Positions 8,996-18,520 are shown, counted from the stretch's first letter. The stretch: 64,000 nucleotides of DNA from Sphingorhabdus sp. (GCF_023910635.1 NZ_JAAVVZ010000008.1:45431-109430), one strand, 5' to 3'. Made by a program: numbers and translations. The notes: generated from the sequence alone by a model not told the origin.

Positions 8996-9505
8996 ATGGC
9001 TGTCCCATCTTCTATGTCTGTCACCCCGACCGCGTCACCTTTGTTCCTTCGTGAAAATGAAGTGCGGCGCGGGGTTGAGCTTTTGTTCTTTGGATATACG
9101 CGGCTTACCCGCGCAATTGACGAAGGGCTGGCGGAACATGGCCTTGGCCGCGCGCACCATCGGGCGCTATATTTCATTGCGCGCCAGCCCGACCTGCCGA
9201 TCAGCGCGTTACTTAAAATCCTCGCTATCACTAAACAATCGCTTGGCCGCGTCCTTACCGATTTGGGGGACAGGGGGCTTGTGGAAACGCGTGTGGGGAA
9301 TGTCGACCGGCGTCAGAAACTCTTGCGACTCACGCCCGAGGGCATTCAGTTCGAAGCGCAATTGTTTGATGCGTTGCGTAACAGCCTGGCGTCCGCTTAT
9401 GCTGCGGCGGGTCAGGAATCCGTCACAGGCTTTTGGCGCGTCCTCGAAGGCTTGATCCCTGCTGAGGACAAGGCCATGGTCGTCGCCTTACAGAAAGATA
9501 TTTGA
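8996..9505 (+). CDS. MarR family transcriptional regulator
   Basis: Start at internal ATG 8996. Winged-helix core HHRALYFIARQPDLPISALLKILAITKQSLGRVLTDLGDRGLVETRVGNVDRRQKLLRLTPEG. Divergent from ilvE. Confidence 0.8.
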   Translation: MAVPSSMSVTPTASPLFLRENEVRRGVELLFFGYTRLTRAIDEGLAEHGLGRAHHRALYFIARQPDLPISALLKILAITKQSLGRVLTDLGDRGLVETRVGNVDRRQKLLRLTPEGIQFEAQLFDALRNSLASAYAAAGQESVTGFWRVLEGLIPAEDKAMVVALQKDI

Positions 9506-9819
9506 TGCGCGATACACTCATACGGCTCGAACACACCATTGCCCAGCGCGCGGACGCCGCCCCTGACAGCAGCTATGTCGCATCTTTATTCGCCAAAGGC
9601 CGCGGCAAAATCGCGCAAAAGGTGGGCGAAGAAGCGACTGAGACAATTATCGCAGCGCTGTCGGGCGATGCACAGCATGTGACGGCGGAAGCGGCGGACC
9701 TTATTTTTCACTTAATGATTTTGCTGCGTGATGTGGGCGTATCGCTGGACGATGTTCTCGCTGAACTGGACCGCAGGGAAGGCGTGTCCGGCTTGGTCGA
9801 GAAAGCAGCGCGGACATAA
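9505..9819 (+). CDS. hisE: phosphoribosyl-ATP pyrophosphatase
   Basis: 104 aa with the HisE signature (SYVASLFAKGRGKIAQKVGEEATETIIA ... EAADLIFHLMILL). The ATG overlaps the marR stop (TGATG). Confidence 0.88.
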   Translation: MRDTLIRLEHTIAQRADAAPDSSYVASLFAKGRGKIAQKVGEEATETIIAALSGDAQHVTAEAADLIFHLMILLRDVGVSLDDVLAELDRREGVSGLVEKAART

Positions 9820-9821
9820 GC

Positions 9822-10001
9822 TAGGGTCAGGACCACTTAAATGCACCTTCGCGGCGTCAAGACGTCCTTCGGATTGACCCATATTGTCCATTGCCGCGTT
9901 GGCAAGCTTGGACTTAGAACCACTAAGCCCTGCGCTTGCCGCCTTGCACTGAACAGTATGGCCTCAAACCGCGAAGGTGGATTTAAGTGGTCCTGACCCT
10001 A
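9822..10001. mobile_element. MITE-like element, family 1, medium copy (180 bp, inverted relative to 7422-7688)
   Basis: Same terminal inverted repeats as copy 7422-7688. Its reverse complement aligns with the left about 140 bp and right about 40 bp of that copy. It fills the hisE-HIT intergenic gap exactly. Confidence 0.7.
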
Positions 10002-10012
10002 AGGAGTGAGAC

Positions 10013-10390
10013 ATGCCGATTGATCCGACTTTGGAATATGACGACCAGAATATCTTCGCGAAAATCCTGCGTGGCGAGATACCGTGCCGCAAGGTGTTTG
10101 AGGATGAATGGGCCCTGGCCTTTGACGACATCAACCCGCAAGCACCCGTCCATGTGCTGGTGATTCCCAAAGGTCGCTATGTCAGTTGGGACGATTTCAG
10201 CGCCAAAGCCAGCGACGCGGAAATAGCCGGATTTGTCCGCGCCGTCGGCCAACTTTCGCGCGAATTGGGGCTGTTGGAACCCGGATATCGCTTGCTCGCC
10301 AACATCGGAATGGACGCGCATCAGGAAGTTCCGCACCTGCATGTCCATATTTTTGGTGGAAAACCGCTCGGACCCATGCTTATGCGGTGA
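10013..10390 (+). CDS. HIT-family (histidine triad) nucleotide hydrolase
   Basis: 125 aa with the histidine triad HLHVHIFGG near the C-terminus. AAGGAG Shine-Dalgarno 7 nt upstream. Confidence 0.88.
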   Translation: MPIDPTLEYDDQNIFAKILRGEIPCRKVFEDEWALAFDDINPQAPVHVLVIPKGRYVSWDDFSAKASDAEIAGFVRAVGQLSRELGLLEPGYRLLANIGMDAHQEVPHLHVHIFGGKPLGPMLMR

Positions 10391-10455
10391 AATTATGTTG
10401 CGCTGACGCACGGAGTGTTTAGGTCAACGTTAGAGTTTTTTTTGGGGAGACGAAT

Positions 10456-11958
10456 ATGATATTCGGGCGCGTAAAGCCGCTTGATGCGATCTTGGCTACG
10501 GCTGAGAAGAAATCGCTCACGCGAACGCTGGGGGCTTTTCAGCTTACCATGCTAGGCATCGGTGCCATCATTGGCACCGGCATTTTTGTTTTAACGGCTG
10601 AGGCTGCAAATAAAGCTGGCCCGGCTATGATGGTCAGTTTTGTCATTGCCGCAGTGGTTTGCGGACTTGCAGCGTTGTGCTATTCCGAATTGGCATCGAT
10701 GGTGCCGGTTTCGGGGTCTGCATATACGTATAGCTACGCTACTTTTGGCGAAATCATTGCATGGATTGTCGGCTGGGCGCTTGTACTTGAATATGCCATC
10801 GCAGCTTCTGCTGTGTCGGTTGGCTGGTCCGGATATATGGTTGGGCTGGTCGAAAACATCTTTGCGATAGAGGTCGGCAATAACTTTGTTGCTGGGCCAT
10901 TCGACGCGAACCCTGGCATTATCAATGTTCCCGCTATGCTCATCGCTTTATTGTGCATGGCGTTATTGTTGATTGGAACCAAAGAAAGTGCGCGCTTTAA
11001 CGCGATCTTGGTAGCCATCAAGGTAGCGGCCCTCATACTCTTTTTGGTGTTGGCACTGCCCGCAATGAACGCAGAAAACTTCCAGCCATTTAGCCCGAAC
11101 GGTTTTTTTGCGAAGGAAGTGGTCGATCCGATTACGAATAACATGGTCACAGTCGGCGTTGCGGCTGCGGCAGCCTCTATTTTCTTCGCCTATGTTGGTT
11201 TCGACGCCGTTTCGACAGCAGCAGAAGAAACAATCAATCCGCAGCGGAATATCCCGATCGGCTTGATCGGTTCGCTGGCGATTTGCACCATCATCTACAT
11301 GCTGGTTGCAGCTGGTGCTACGGGCGCTGTTGGGGCGCAACCGGGTGGTGAGCTGTCACAATCGAAAGAAGCTTTGGCCTTCGTGCTCAACGAAATTGGT
11401 CACGGCTGGGCAGGAAAGCTCGTCGCTATTTCAGCCGCCATTGCATTGCCCTCGGTTATCTTGATGATGATGTTTGGCCAAACCCGCATCTTTTTTGTGA
11501 TGGCGCGTGACGGCTTGCTGCCGGACGTTTTTTCCAAACTTCATCCCAAGTTCGGAACGCCGCATGTCGTAACTATGTGCACGGGTGTATTCGTGGCATT
11601 GTTTGCGGCGCTTTTCCCTGTGGGCAAGTTGGCCGACATTTCAAACTCTGGCACCTTGTTCGCATTCTTCACCGTTGCGGTGGGTGTCATGATTTTGCGC
11701 CGCACAAACCCTGATCGCAAACGGCCGTTTCGTACACCCGTATACTTTTTGGTGTGCCCATTGGCCGCAGCAGGTTGCGTATTCCTGTTTTTCCAACTTT
11801 CGGGATATACGGAGCTTATGTTCCTTGGATGGACGTTGATTGGGCTGGTCGTTTATTTCCTATACAGCCGCCGCCGGAGCCATGTCGGCCAAGGGTTGTT
11901 TGAAGTCCATGAACTGGACAGCGATTTGCCGCCCACTTCGGTACCGCCAATTTCGTAA
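10456..11958 (+). CDS. APC-superfamily amino acid permease (cationic amino acid transporter-like)
   Basis: 500 aa, about 12-14 predicted TM segments. N-terminal LTRTLGAFQLTMLGIGAIIGTGIFVLT and SGSAYTYSYATFGE blocks are typical of the APC/CAT family. Confidence 0.85.
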   Translation: MIFGRVKPLDAILATAEKKSLTRTLGAFQLTMLGIGAIIGTGIFVLTAEAANKAGPAMMVSFVIAAVVCGLAALCYSELASMVPVSGSAYTYSYATFGEIIAWIVGWALVLEYAIAASAVSVGWSGYMVGLVENIFAIEVGNNFVAGPFDANPGIINVPAMLIALLCMALLLIGTKESARFNAILVAIKVAALILFLVLALPAMNAENFQPFSPNGFFAKEVVDPITNNMVTVGVAAAAASIFFAYVGFDAVSTAAEETINPQRNIPIGLIGSLAICTIIYMLVAAGATGAVGAQPGGELSQSKEALAFVLNEIGHGWAGKLVAISAAIALPSVILMMMFGQTRIFFVMARDGLLPDVFSKLHPKFGTPHVVTMCTGVFVALFAALFPVGKLADISNSGTLFAFFTVAVGVMILRRTNPDRKRPFRTPVYFLVCPLAAAGCVFLFFQLSGYTELMFLGWTLIGLVVYFLYSRRRSHVGQGLFEVHELDSDLPPTSVPPIS

Positions 11959-11983
11959 ATGGGTTGCCAAATAACAATAGGAC

Positions 11984-12010
11984 AGGGGCGCTTCGGTGCC
12001 CCTTTTCTTT
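11984..12010. terminator. hairpin terminator between convergent transporter genes
   Basis: AGGGGCGCTTCGGTGCCCCTTTTCTTT. A GC stem with a TTCG-type loop and T-run, 25 nt after the permease stop and abutting the MFS gene stop. Confidence 0.45.
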
Positions 12011-12013
12011 GCC

Positions 12014-13267
12014 TTAATTGCGCGGGGTGACGGGCAGGGGCAATGTGGTTCCAGGCCGGGTAAACAGCTTCCCCTTTTCACACCACAACACAAGGCCAAG
12101 TGCGACCAGCCCGCAGCACAGGAAACCTAGCGCCACCGGATATACCGTGCCGTCAAACTGCTGCCCGATAAATGCACCAAGCGATGCCGCAAGCGCCGTG
12201 CGCACGAAGGTCTGAAATGACGAGGCCGCACCTGCGACATGGCCAAAGGGGGTCATCGCAATCGACGAGAAGTTGGAGCCGATGAAACCGATCATCGCCA
12301 TGTTACCGGTCAGCAATATCAGGAAGATCGGCAAGGACGTTGGTGCATAACGCGCCGCAAGCAGTTGCAACGCGCCCAATGCGATAAAGGTTAACAAAGC
12401 GGTCTGCGACACACGGCGCGCGCCAAAGCGTTCAACGATGCGCGAATTGGTGAAGTTGGACACCGCGATACCAATGGCGATGATCGCAAAGCCAATGGTG
12501 AAGAAATCCGCAGCGTTGAACACCTTGTCAAACATCTGCTGCGAACTGTTGAGATAGCCGAACAAAGCGCCCTGCGTGACGCCAGCGCCAATCATATAGC
12601 CCGCAGCGTTGCGGTTGAGGACAACAATCTTCCACGCCTTAGCGAGCGCCTTGGGCTGAATAGGAATGACATTTTCGGGTGCCAATGTTTCGGGCAAGCG
12701 CAGATAAACCCAGATAGCGGCGGCGACGGCCATGACCGCCATCAGGTCAAAAATCACCCGCCAGCCCGCGAAAAGCAACACCAACTGGCCAATTGTCGGC
12801 GCAATAATTGGCACGATCATAAAGATGAGGAAGATGGTCGACATGCGCCGCGCCATGGCGTCGCCTTCAAACTGGTCCCTGATGACCGAAATCACGAGAA
12901 CGCCCATGGCTGCCGCCAAAAGCCCATGGATAAAGCGCATGACAAGCATGATTTCAAAATCAGGCGCAAAGGAACAGGCCAGCGAAGCTATCGCCGAACC
13001 CATAACTGCAATCAACAATATCGGCTTTCGCCCATAACGGTCGGACAATGGACCGTAAATGAGCGCACCGATTCCCGTGCCAGCCAGAAAGGTCGAGATG
13101 ATATATTGAATCTGGTTCGGCTCGGCGAGGCTAAGGCCGCGCACCATAGCGGGGAAGGCGGGCAACATCGTGTCAATGGCCAACGCATTGAGCGCCATAA
13201 GCGACGACATCATAACGGTCAGCTCACGCGGACCAATGGATTTCTTAACGGGAGTAGGGGATGGCAT
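12014..13267 (-). CDS. MFS transporter (Bcr/CflA-type drug efflux family)
   Basis: Start at ATG 13267 (MPSPTPVKKSIGPRELTVMMSSLMALNALAIDTMLPAFP...). Motif GPLSDRYGRKP in loop 2-3, 12 TM pattern. The upstream 18 codons of the tracked ORF run into the MITE. Confidence 0.85.
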   Translation of the reverse strand: MPSPTPVKKSIGPRELTVMMSSLMALNALAIDTMLPAFPAMVRGLSLAEPNQIQYIISTFLAGTGIGALIYGPLSDRYGRKPILLIAVMGSAIASLACSFAPDFEIMLVMRFIHGLLAAAMGVLVISVIRDQFEGDAMARRMSTIFLIFMIVPIIAPTIGQLVLLFAGWRVIFDLMAVMAVAAAIWVYLRLPETLAPENVIPIQPKALAKAWKIVVLNRNAAGYMIGAGVTQGALFGYLNSSQQMFDKVFNAADFFTIGFAIIAIGIAVSNFTNSRIVERFGARRVSQTALLTFIALGALQLLAARYAPTSLPIFLILLTGNMAMIGFIGSNFSSIAMTPFGHVAGAASSFQTFVRTALAASLGAFIGQQFDGTVYPVALGFLCCGLVALGLVLWCEKGKLFTRPGTTLPLPVTPRN

Positions 13268-13306
13268 TTTGTCGCTATGCGGGAGCGGCCGCCATTTTGC
13301 CACCCC

Positions 13307-13390
13307 TAGGGTCAGGACCACTTAAATCCACCTTCGCGGTTTGAGGCCATTTTGACGCCGCGATGGTGGATTTAAGTGGTCCTGACCCTA
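13307..13390. mobile_element. MITE-like element, family 1, minimal copy (84 bp)
   Basis: Consists of the two terminal inverted repeats joined by GTTTGAGGCCATTTTGACGCCGCG. It looks like an internal-deletion derivative of the longer copies. Its terminal CTA is the TAG stop of radC on the minus strand. Confidence 0.7.
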
Positions 13391-14083
13391 AATAAGCCCC
13401 GAGCTGCGCATGCTGCTGAAACCGTTTTTGCCAATGATGATGTGGTCGTGCACGGCTATACCAAACTTCTTGCCCGCATCCGCAATATCGCGCGTCATCG
13501 CGATATCTTGCCGGCTGGGGGCGCTGTCCCCGCTGGGATGGTTGTGCACAAGAATAATCGCTGCCGCGCCAAGGTCCATCGCGCGGCGTATAACTTCGCG
13601 GGTGTAAATGGCGGCTTGGTCGACGGAACCCTCGCTCGCCACTTCATCGCGGATCAGCATGTTTTTGCTGTTCAGATACAGCGTGCGCACGCGCTCAATC
13701 GTCAGATGCGCCATATCGGCGCGCAGATAATCGAGCAAAGATTGCCACGACGACAGGATCGGCAGTTCGCGCACGGGTTCGCTGAGCAGGCGAAGCGCCG
13801 CCACTTGGACTATCTTCAACGCCGCAACGCTGGTTTCGCCCATCCATTTTTCTTGCAAAATACTGTCGGCGTCTGCGGTCAGCAAGGCCGATAGGCTGCC
13901 GTAACGGTGAATCAAATCCTTCGCGATCTGCTTGGTATCTCGGCGTGGAATGGCGAGCGCGAGGAGATATTCGATCAATTCATGATCGTGCAGGCTCTCG
14001 CCATTTTTCTCCAACAAACGCTTACGCAAACGCGCGCGGTGGCCCGTGCCATGATGTTCCGTCTTGTCCGCAATATCTGTCAT
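13388..14083 (-). CDS. radC: RadC-family JAB/MPN domain protein
   Basis: Start at ATG 14083 (MTDIADKTEHHGTGHRARLRKRLL...). HhH-like N-terminus and C-terminal JAMM motif ILVHNHPSGDSAPSRQD. Confidence 0.88.
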   Translation of the reverse strand: MTDIADKTEHHGTGHRARLRKRLLEKNGESLHDHELIEYLLALAIPRRDTKQIAKDLIHRYGSLSALLTADADSILQEKWMGETSVAALKIVQVAALRLLSEPVRELPILSSWQSLLDYLRADMAHLTIERVRTLYLNSKNMLIRDEVASEGSVDQAAIYTREVIRRAMDLGAAAIILVHNHPSGDSAPSRQDIAMTRDIADAGKKFGIAVHDHIIIGKNGFSSMRSSGLI

Positions 14084-14193
14084 CACGTCTATCCTGTTGT
14101 GATATAGTTCTTTTCTGTTATTTTTGCGTCGGACGCAAGTCGCATCATGCAAATGGCGTTGCAACCAGTCGGCCTTTCCCGCATTTGAGTGGC

Positions 14194-17100
14194 ATGCAGG
14201 ATGCTGCCGACGAAACACCGACGGGCGATGTCGATGTGCAACCCGATAGAGGCGCACAGTGGAAGCGGCGCATTTTCGGCGGCGTCGGCATCTTGCTTGC
14301 GCTGTTGTTGCTGTTCGCATGGGCCCAGCGCAACACTATCGCCGACCGTTTTGTGCAAAATGCGTTTGCAGAGCGGGGTATCAAAGCAAGCTACAAAATT
14401 GACACGATCGGTTTGCGCACCCAGCGTATCCGCAACCTTGTTATCGGCGATCCGGCACGCCCCGACCTGACCGCAAAGCTGGTCGAAATCAATGTGGCCC
14501 TGAACTTCGCCGGGGCAACTGTGCGCGACGTGCATGCGGACGGCGTCATTCTGCGCGGACGTTATGCCGATGGCACATTGTCCTTCGGTGAACTCGACAA
14601 ATTCCGCGACCCTAAGTCCGCCGAGCCGTTTGAGTGGCCCGATATCGCGGTAACCATCAAAAACGCCCGCGCGCGGATTGATACACCATGGGGTGTTATC
14701 GGTGCTAGCCTCAATGGCAGCGGCCTGCTGCGGAACCGTTTTGCTGGTGATCTGTCGCTACGCGCACCGGTTGTGAAGGCGGCGGGATGCAGCGCGGCGG
14801 ACATGAAATTTGATGGCAAGCTGCTGCTCGAATGGCGTGAGCCACGTTTAATCGGGCCAATGACGTCCACCAAAGCAACATGCAGCGAAGCGGGCATCGC
14901 GCTCGTCGCGCCGCGTTTTGAGGCCAATCTCAAGCTGTCTGAACGCCTTGATGCTTGGGACGGCACTTTCGCTTATGCGGCAGATGCGCTCAGAATATCG
15001 CAAGTTCAGTTGCGGGGCATATCCGGCAAGCTGTCGGTTGATGGCAAATTGGCACGCACCAATTTCGACTTTGCCATGGTTAAGGGTTCATTGCGTTCCG
15101 CCCCTCTGTCGGCGCGCCGGTTGGCTTTGGCGGCTAAAGGAACGGCGGGTCTCATAGACGGCGATATGGCTTTGTCTGCCCGTGGCGATGCCTCCATCAC
15201 CGGCGGCGCATTTGATCGCGGCACAATCACGGGCCTTCGTGACCTGGCCGCACAAACGAAGGACACACCAGTTGGCCCCATAATCGCGCGTATGGCACCC
15301 GTGCTCGAACGCGCTGGCGATCAATTTTCCGCCAGCCTCGATTTTGATAGCTATCAGGATTTTCAGGGTCGGCGTGGGACAAGCATCGCGGACCTTGCGT
15401 TCACCAGTGCATCAGGTGTGCGTGTGCGACAAAATGGCTCTTTTGGCGTGACGGGAACCGCGACCGGATGGCGACTGGATGCGCCTGCGCAATTGGCGCT
15501 GTCCGGACCCAATGTGCCCGCTACCACCCTTTCGCTCGCGCAATCGGGTCAGAACTGGTCCGGCAATCTGGTTATTGCGCCTTATGCCTCTGGCGGGGCG
15601 AAGCTTACAGTGCCCAAACTTGCCTTTAATGGTGTCCCCAATGGCGCATGGCGCTTTGCCGGACAGGCGCGGATGTCTGGGCCGTTGCCGGGTGGATTCG
15701 TCACTGGCCTGAACATCCCGATATCGGGTCGTTATAATGCTGGGGCTTTCACCTTGTATGACAGCTGCCAGAATGTCCGATTTGACGCGTTGAGCATGTC
15801 GAGCCTTATGTTACGCGGCCAATCGCTCCGGCTTTGCCCTGATGCTGGCCGCCCGATGCTCGCCTTGCGCCAAGGTAAACTTCGCTTTGCCACCAAACTT
15901 GCAGGCTTCAACGCTTTGGGCACGCTTGGTGGCGCACCCCTCGCTGCGCGCGGCAGCAATGTCCGCTTCAGCCTTGCCGATGGTTTTGCAGCCAAAGATG
16001 TGGTCGTCGAGCTCGGCCAACCGGACGCGCGCTCTGTTTTCAACATCGCCAGCCTTGATGGCAGATTTGACCAAGGCGGCGCTTACGGTGTGCTTACGGG
16101 CGGCGCGGGGCAGATTGGCAACGTGCCGTTGCTGATTGACGCGGCGTCGGGCGAATGGCGCTACCTTGCCGGGACTCTCACCCTCAACGCGCGGCTGAAT
16201 GTGTTGGATGCGGATCAGGTTGACCGGTTCATGCCCATGCTGGTGCCCGATATGCTGCTGTCGCTGGAAAACAGCATCATTACCGCGGCCGGCCATTTGG
16301 TTGAACCCACAACTGGCACCCGCGTGTCGGATGTCGATATCCGCCATGACTTCAGCAATAGCAACGGACGCGCCTTGCTCGCGGTGGATGACCTGCGCTT
16401 CCATGAAGGCTTTCAACCCGACCTGCTCACGGCGCTTGTCTTGGGCGTCGCCGCCAATGTCGATGGCAGCGTCTCGGGCGATGGCCGTATCGAATGGGAC
16501 ACAGATGGGGTGCGCAGCACTGGCCGCGTGTCCACGCGCGATATGAACTTGGCCGCCGCCTTCGGCCCGGTTGAGGGGCTGACGACCGAAATCGTGTTTT
16601 CCGACCTTTTGGGCCTCGAAACCGCATCGGGCCAAATCGCGATGCTTGGGTCGGTTAACCCAGGCATAACCGCGCTAGGCGGAACGGTCAGCTACCGATT
16701 GCTGCCCAATCGGCAGGTCGCGATTGAATCGGGTCGCTGGCCATTTGCGGGCGGAGAATTGGTGCTTGAGCCAACTGTCCTCGATTTCGGGGTTGAGTCC
16801 GAACGCCGCCTGACCTTCCGCGCCATTGGCGTTGATGCGGAAAAGCTGCTGGCTGGATATGATTTCCAGAATCTGCGCGTCACCGGCGTGTTTGACGGGA
16901 CCTTGCCCATGGTTTTCAACCAAGATGGCGGCCGGATTGTCGGCGGCGCTCTGGTGTCGCGTGCTGGCGGCGGGGAGGTCAGCTATCTCGGTGAACTTGC
17001 CTATGAAGATATGGGTATGTTCGCCAACTATGCCTTTAACGCCTTGCGCTCTATACGCTATTCCAGTTTGACCATTGACGTGGAGGGCGACCTTGGCGGG

Positions 17101-17367
17101 GAAATCGTGACCGATATAAGCTTTACGGGTGTGCAACAGGGCGCATTGGCAAAACGCAACTTCATCACGCGGCAACTGGCGCGTATACCAATCAAATTCA
17201 ACGTCAGTGTGACTGCGGAATTCATGAAGCTCATTGGCTCTATCCGTGGGCTTTATGACGCCAACTATGCGGCGGACCGCGATCTGAAATCTTTGCTCGA
17301 CGCGCAGAGAAAGCAGAACGCGAAAACGGAGTCCGCAGAAACTAAAGAAAAACCAACACATGAATGA
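14194..17367 (+). CDS. ydbH: YdbH-like AsmA-superfamily intermembrane lipid-transport protein
   Basis: 1057 aa from ATG 14194, with a single N-terminal TM (IFGGVGILLALLLLFAW) and a long repetitive beta-rich body. The call rests mainly on the downstream ynbE and ydbL genes, which form the conserved ydbH-ynbE-ydbL triad. Confidence 0.78.
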   Translation: MQDAADETPTGDVDVQPDRGAQWKRRIFGGVGILLALLLLFAWAQRNTIADRFVQNAFAERGIKASYKIDTIGLRTQRIRNLVIGDPARPDLTAKLVEINVALNFAGATVRDVHADGVILRGRYADGTLSFGELDKFRDPKSAEPFEWPDIAVTIKNARARIDTPWGVIGASLNGSGLLRNRFAGDLSLRAPVVKAAGCSAADMKFDGKLLLEWREPRLIGPMTSTKATCSEAGIALVAPRFEANLKLSERLDAWDGTFAYAADALRISQVQLRGISGKLSVDGKLARTNFDFAMVKGSLRSAPLSARRLALAAKGTAGLIDGDMALSARGDASITGGAFDRGTITGLRDLAAQTKDTPVGPIIARMAPVLERAGDQFSASLDFDSYQDFQGRRGTSIADLAFTSASGVRVRQNGSFGVTGTATGWRLDAPAQLALSGPNVPATTLSLAQSGQNWSGNLVIAPYASGGAKLTVPKLAFNGVPNGAWRFAGQARMSGPLPGGFVTGLNIPISGRYNAGAFTLYDSCQNVRFDALSMSSLMLRGQSLRLCPDAGRPMLALRQGKLRFATKLAGFNALGTLGGAPLAARGSNVRFSLADGFAAKDVVVELGQPDARSVFNIASLDGRFDQGGAYGVLTGGAGQIGNVPLLIDAASGEWRYLAGTLTLNARLNVLDADQVDRFMPMLVPDMLLSLENSIITAAGHLVEPTTGTRVSDVDIRHDFSNSNGRALLAVDDLRFHEGFQPDLLTALVLGVAANVDGSVSGDGRIEWDTDGVRSTGRVSTRDMNLAAAFGPVEGLTTEIVFSDLLGLETASGQIAMLGSVNPGITALGGTVSYRLLPNRQVAIESGRWPFAGGELVLEPTVLDFGVESERRLTFRAIGVDAEKLLAGYDFQNLRVTGVFDGTLPMVFNQDGGRIVGGALVSRAGGGEVSYLGELAYEDMGMFANYAFNALRSIRYSSLTIDVEGDLGGEIVTDISFTGVQQGALAKRNFITRQLARIPIKFNVSVTAEFMKLIGSIRGLYDANYAADRDLKSLLDAQRKQNAKTESAETKEKPTHE

Positions 17368-17449
17368 ACCATTCAGCATAGGGAAAGCGAACATGGCGCA
17401 AAACCGCGATCAATTGACGAACCGCACGGATAATGCGATTCGTTCCAAC

Positions 17450-17632
17450 ATGGGAAAAACGATCCTCTTGTTCGTGCCGTTGATGGCGTCAGTTTTGACA
17501 GGATGCGTGCAAGTTACCGCGCCTGACAAGCCAATCGTCATCAACCTCAACATCGCAATCCGGCAGGAAATATTGTACAAGCTGTCTGCGGCGTCCGAAA
17601 AAGTGATTGAAAATAACCCGGGAGTATTTTGA
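17450..17632 (+). CDS. ynbE: YnbE-family lipoprotein
   Basis: 60 aa from ATG 17450 with lipobox LTGC, followed by VQVTAPDKPIVINLNIAIRQEI, which matches the YnbE signature. Confidence 0.8.
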   Translation: MGKTILLFVPLMASVLTGCVQVTAPDKPIVINLNIAIRQEILYKLSAASEKVIENNPGVF

Positions 17633-18024
17633 TGAGAGATTCTGTTGAAATGATCATCGCGGCGGTATTGCTGGGTGTCACCGCAACAAGCGCGATGGCC
17701 TTCCAGTCGGGCCGGGACCCAGCCTATCAAAGCGCGCGGGAAAGCGGGCAGGTCGGCGAAAAATCAGACGGTTATCTGGGCTTTGTTGTTCCGCCCTCGT
17801 CGTCGGTTCGTGCGTTGGTCGAGGATATCAATATTAAGCGCAAGGCCGTGTATTCAAAAGAGGCCCTAGCAAACGGCGCAACAGTTGAGGAAATGGCCTT
17901 GCGTACGGGCTGCCGCCTGATTGCAGAACGTATGGTCGCTGGCGAAAAATACCAGACGCCGTCGGGGCAGTGGAAAACCCGTGACGGAAGCGCGCCCGAA
18001 CTGGACCCGCGCTGTCCGCGGTGA
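17632..18024 (+). CDS. ydbL: YdbL-like periplasmic protein (DUF1318)
   Basis: 130 aa with a signal peptide, then GQVGEKSDGYLGFV...VRALVEDINIKRKAVYSKEA, typical of DUF1318. The ATG overlaps the ynbE stop; GGAG lies 8 nt upstream. Confidence 0.8.
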   Translation: MRDSVEMIIAAVLLGVTATSAMAFQSGRDPAYQSARESGQVGEKSDGYLGFVVPPSSSVRALVEDINIKRKAVYSKEALANGATVEEMALRTGCRLIAERMVAGEKYQTPSGQWKTRDGSAPELDPRCPR

Positions 18025-18046
18025 GACTGCCAACATAGTTTGGATA

Positions 18047-18076
18047 GGCCGCGGCAGAGATGCTGCGGCCTTTTCT
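18047..18076 (+). terminator. rho-independent terminator after ydbL
   Basis: GGCCGC-GGCAGAGATGCT-GCGGCC hairpin followed by TTTTCT, 23 nt after the ydbL stop. Confidence 0.6.
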
Positions 18077-18107
18077 ATTGCGTCGCAACATTCTTGCAGG
18101 CGCGCTG

Positions 18108-18136
18108 TTGACTTGGCGCAGACGCTCTCCTAAAGC
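18108..18136 (+). promoter_or_regulatory. candidate sigma70-type promoter of the atpI-atpB operon
   Basis: TTGACT (18108-18113), 17-nt spacer, TAAAGC (18131-18136), about 65 nt upstream of atpI. Based on motif resemblance only. Confidence 0.25.
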
Positions 18137-18202
18137 GCCGATGCCTAGGCGGGGTTGCCCCGATTTCGTGGTGGTTCCCTTTGTTAAAGAGGATGCAATC
18201 AC

Positions 18203-18520
18203 ATGACGTCGGACAATTCCGGGCAGGATGGCAAAGGCAAAAGTGACGCTCGGCTCGATTCGTTAGACATGCAGCTGAAAGCGGCGCGGAAAGCCGAAGC
18301 AGAACGCGCAGGTAAAGATCAGGTTCCAGCCAAAGGAATGCGGCAAGGGAACAGGGTTTTAACTGAGCTGATCGCTGGTCCTGCTGGTGGTGCACTGGTT
18401 GGGTGGTTATTTGACCGCTTCTTGGGTACTTCGCCTGCGCTTCTGTTGGTCTGCATGTTTTTGGGCATCGCAGTCGCCTTCAGGAACATTATAAAGATCT
18501 CAGGGGAGCGTCCGGAATAA
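18203..18520 (+). CDS. atpI: ATP synthase protein I (AtpI/AtpZ family)
   Basis: 105 aa small membrane protein with two C-terminal TM segments, immediately upstream of atpB. Confidence 0.72.
   Translation: MTSDNSGQDGKGKSDARLDSLDMQLKAARKAEAERAGKDQVPAKGMRQGNRVLTELIAGPAGGALVGWLFDRFLGTSPALLLVCMFLGIAVAFRNIIKISGERPE

Noticed and set aside
13945-14193. 83-codon N-terminal extension of the ydbH ORF, and the 79-codon extension of the radC ORF (14084-14320)
   Set aside because: The two extensions overlap each other on opposite strands and encode Cys/Arg-rich junk. Internal ATGs at 14194 and 14083 give canonical N-termini and a sensible divergent promoter gap.
15811-17394. 274-aa and 239-aa minus-strand ORFs inside ydbH
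   Set aside because: They are antisense to a long continuous gene and have GC-skewed, Arg/Ala-rich composition with no motifs.
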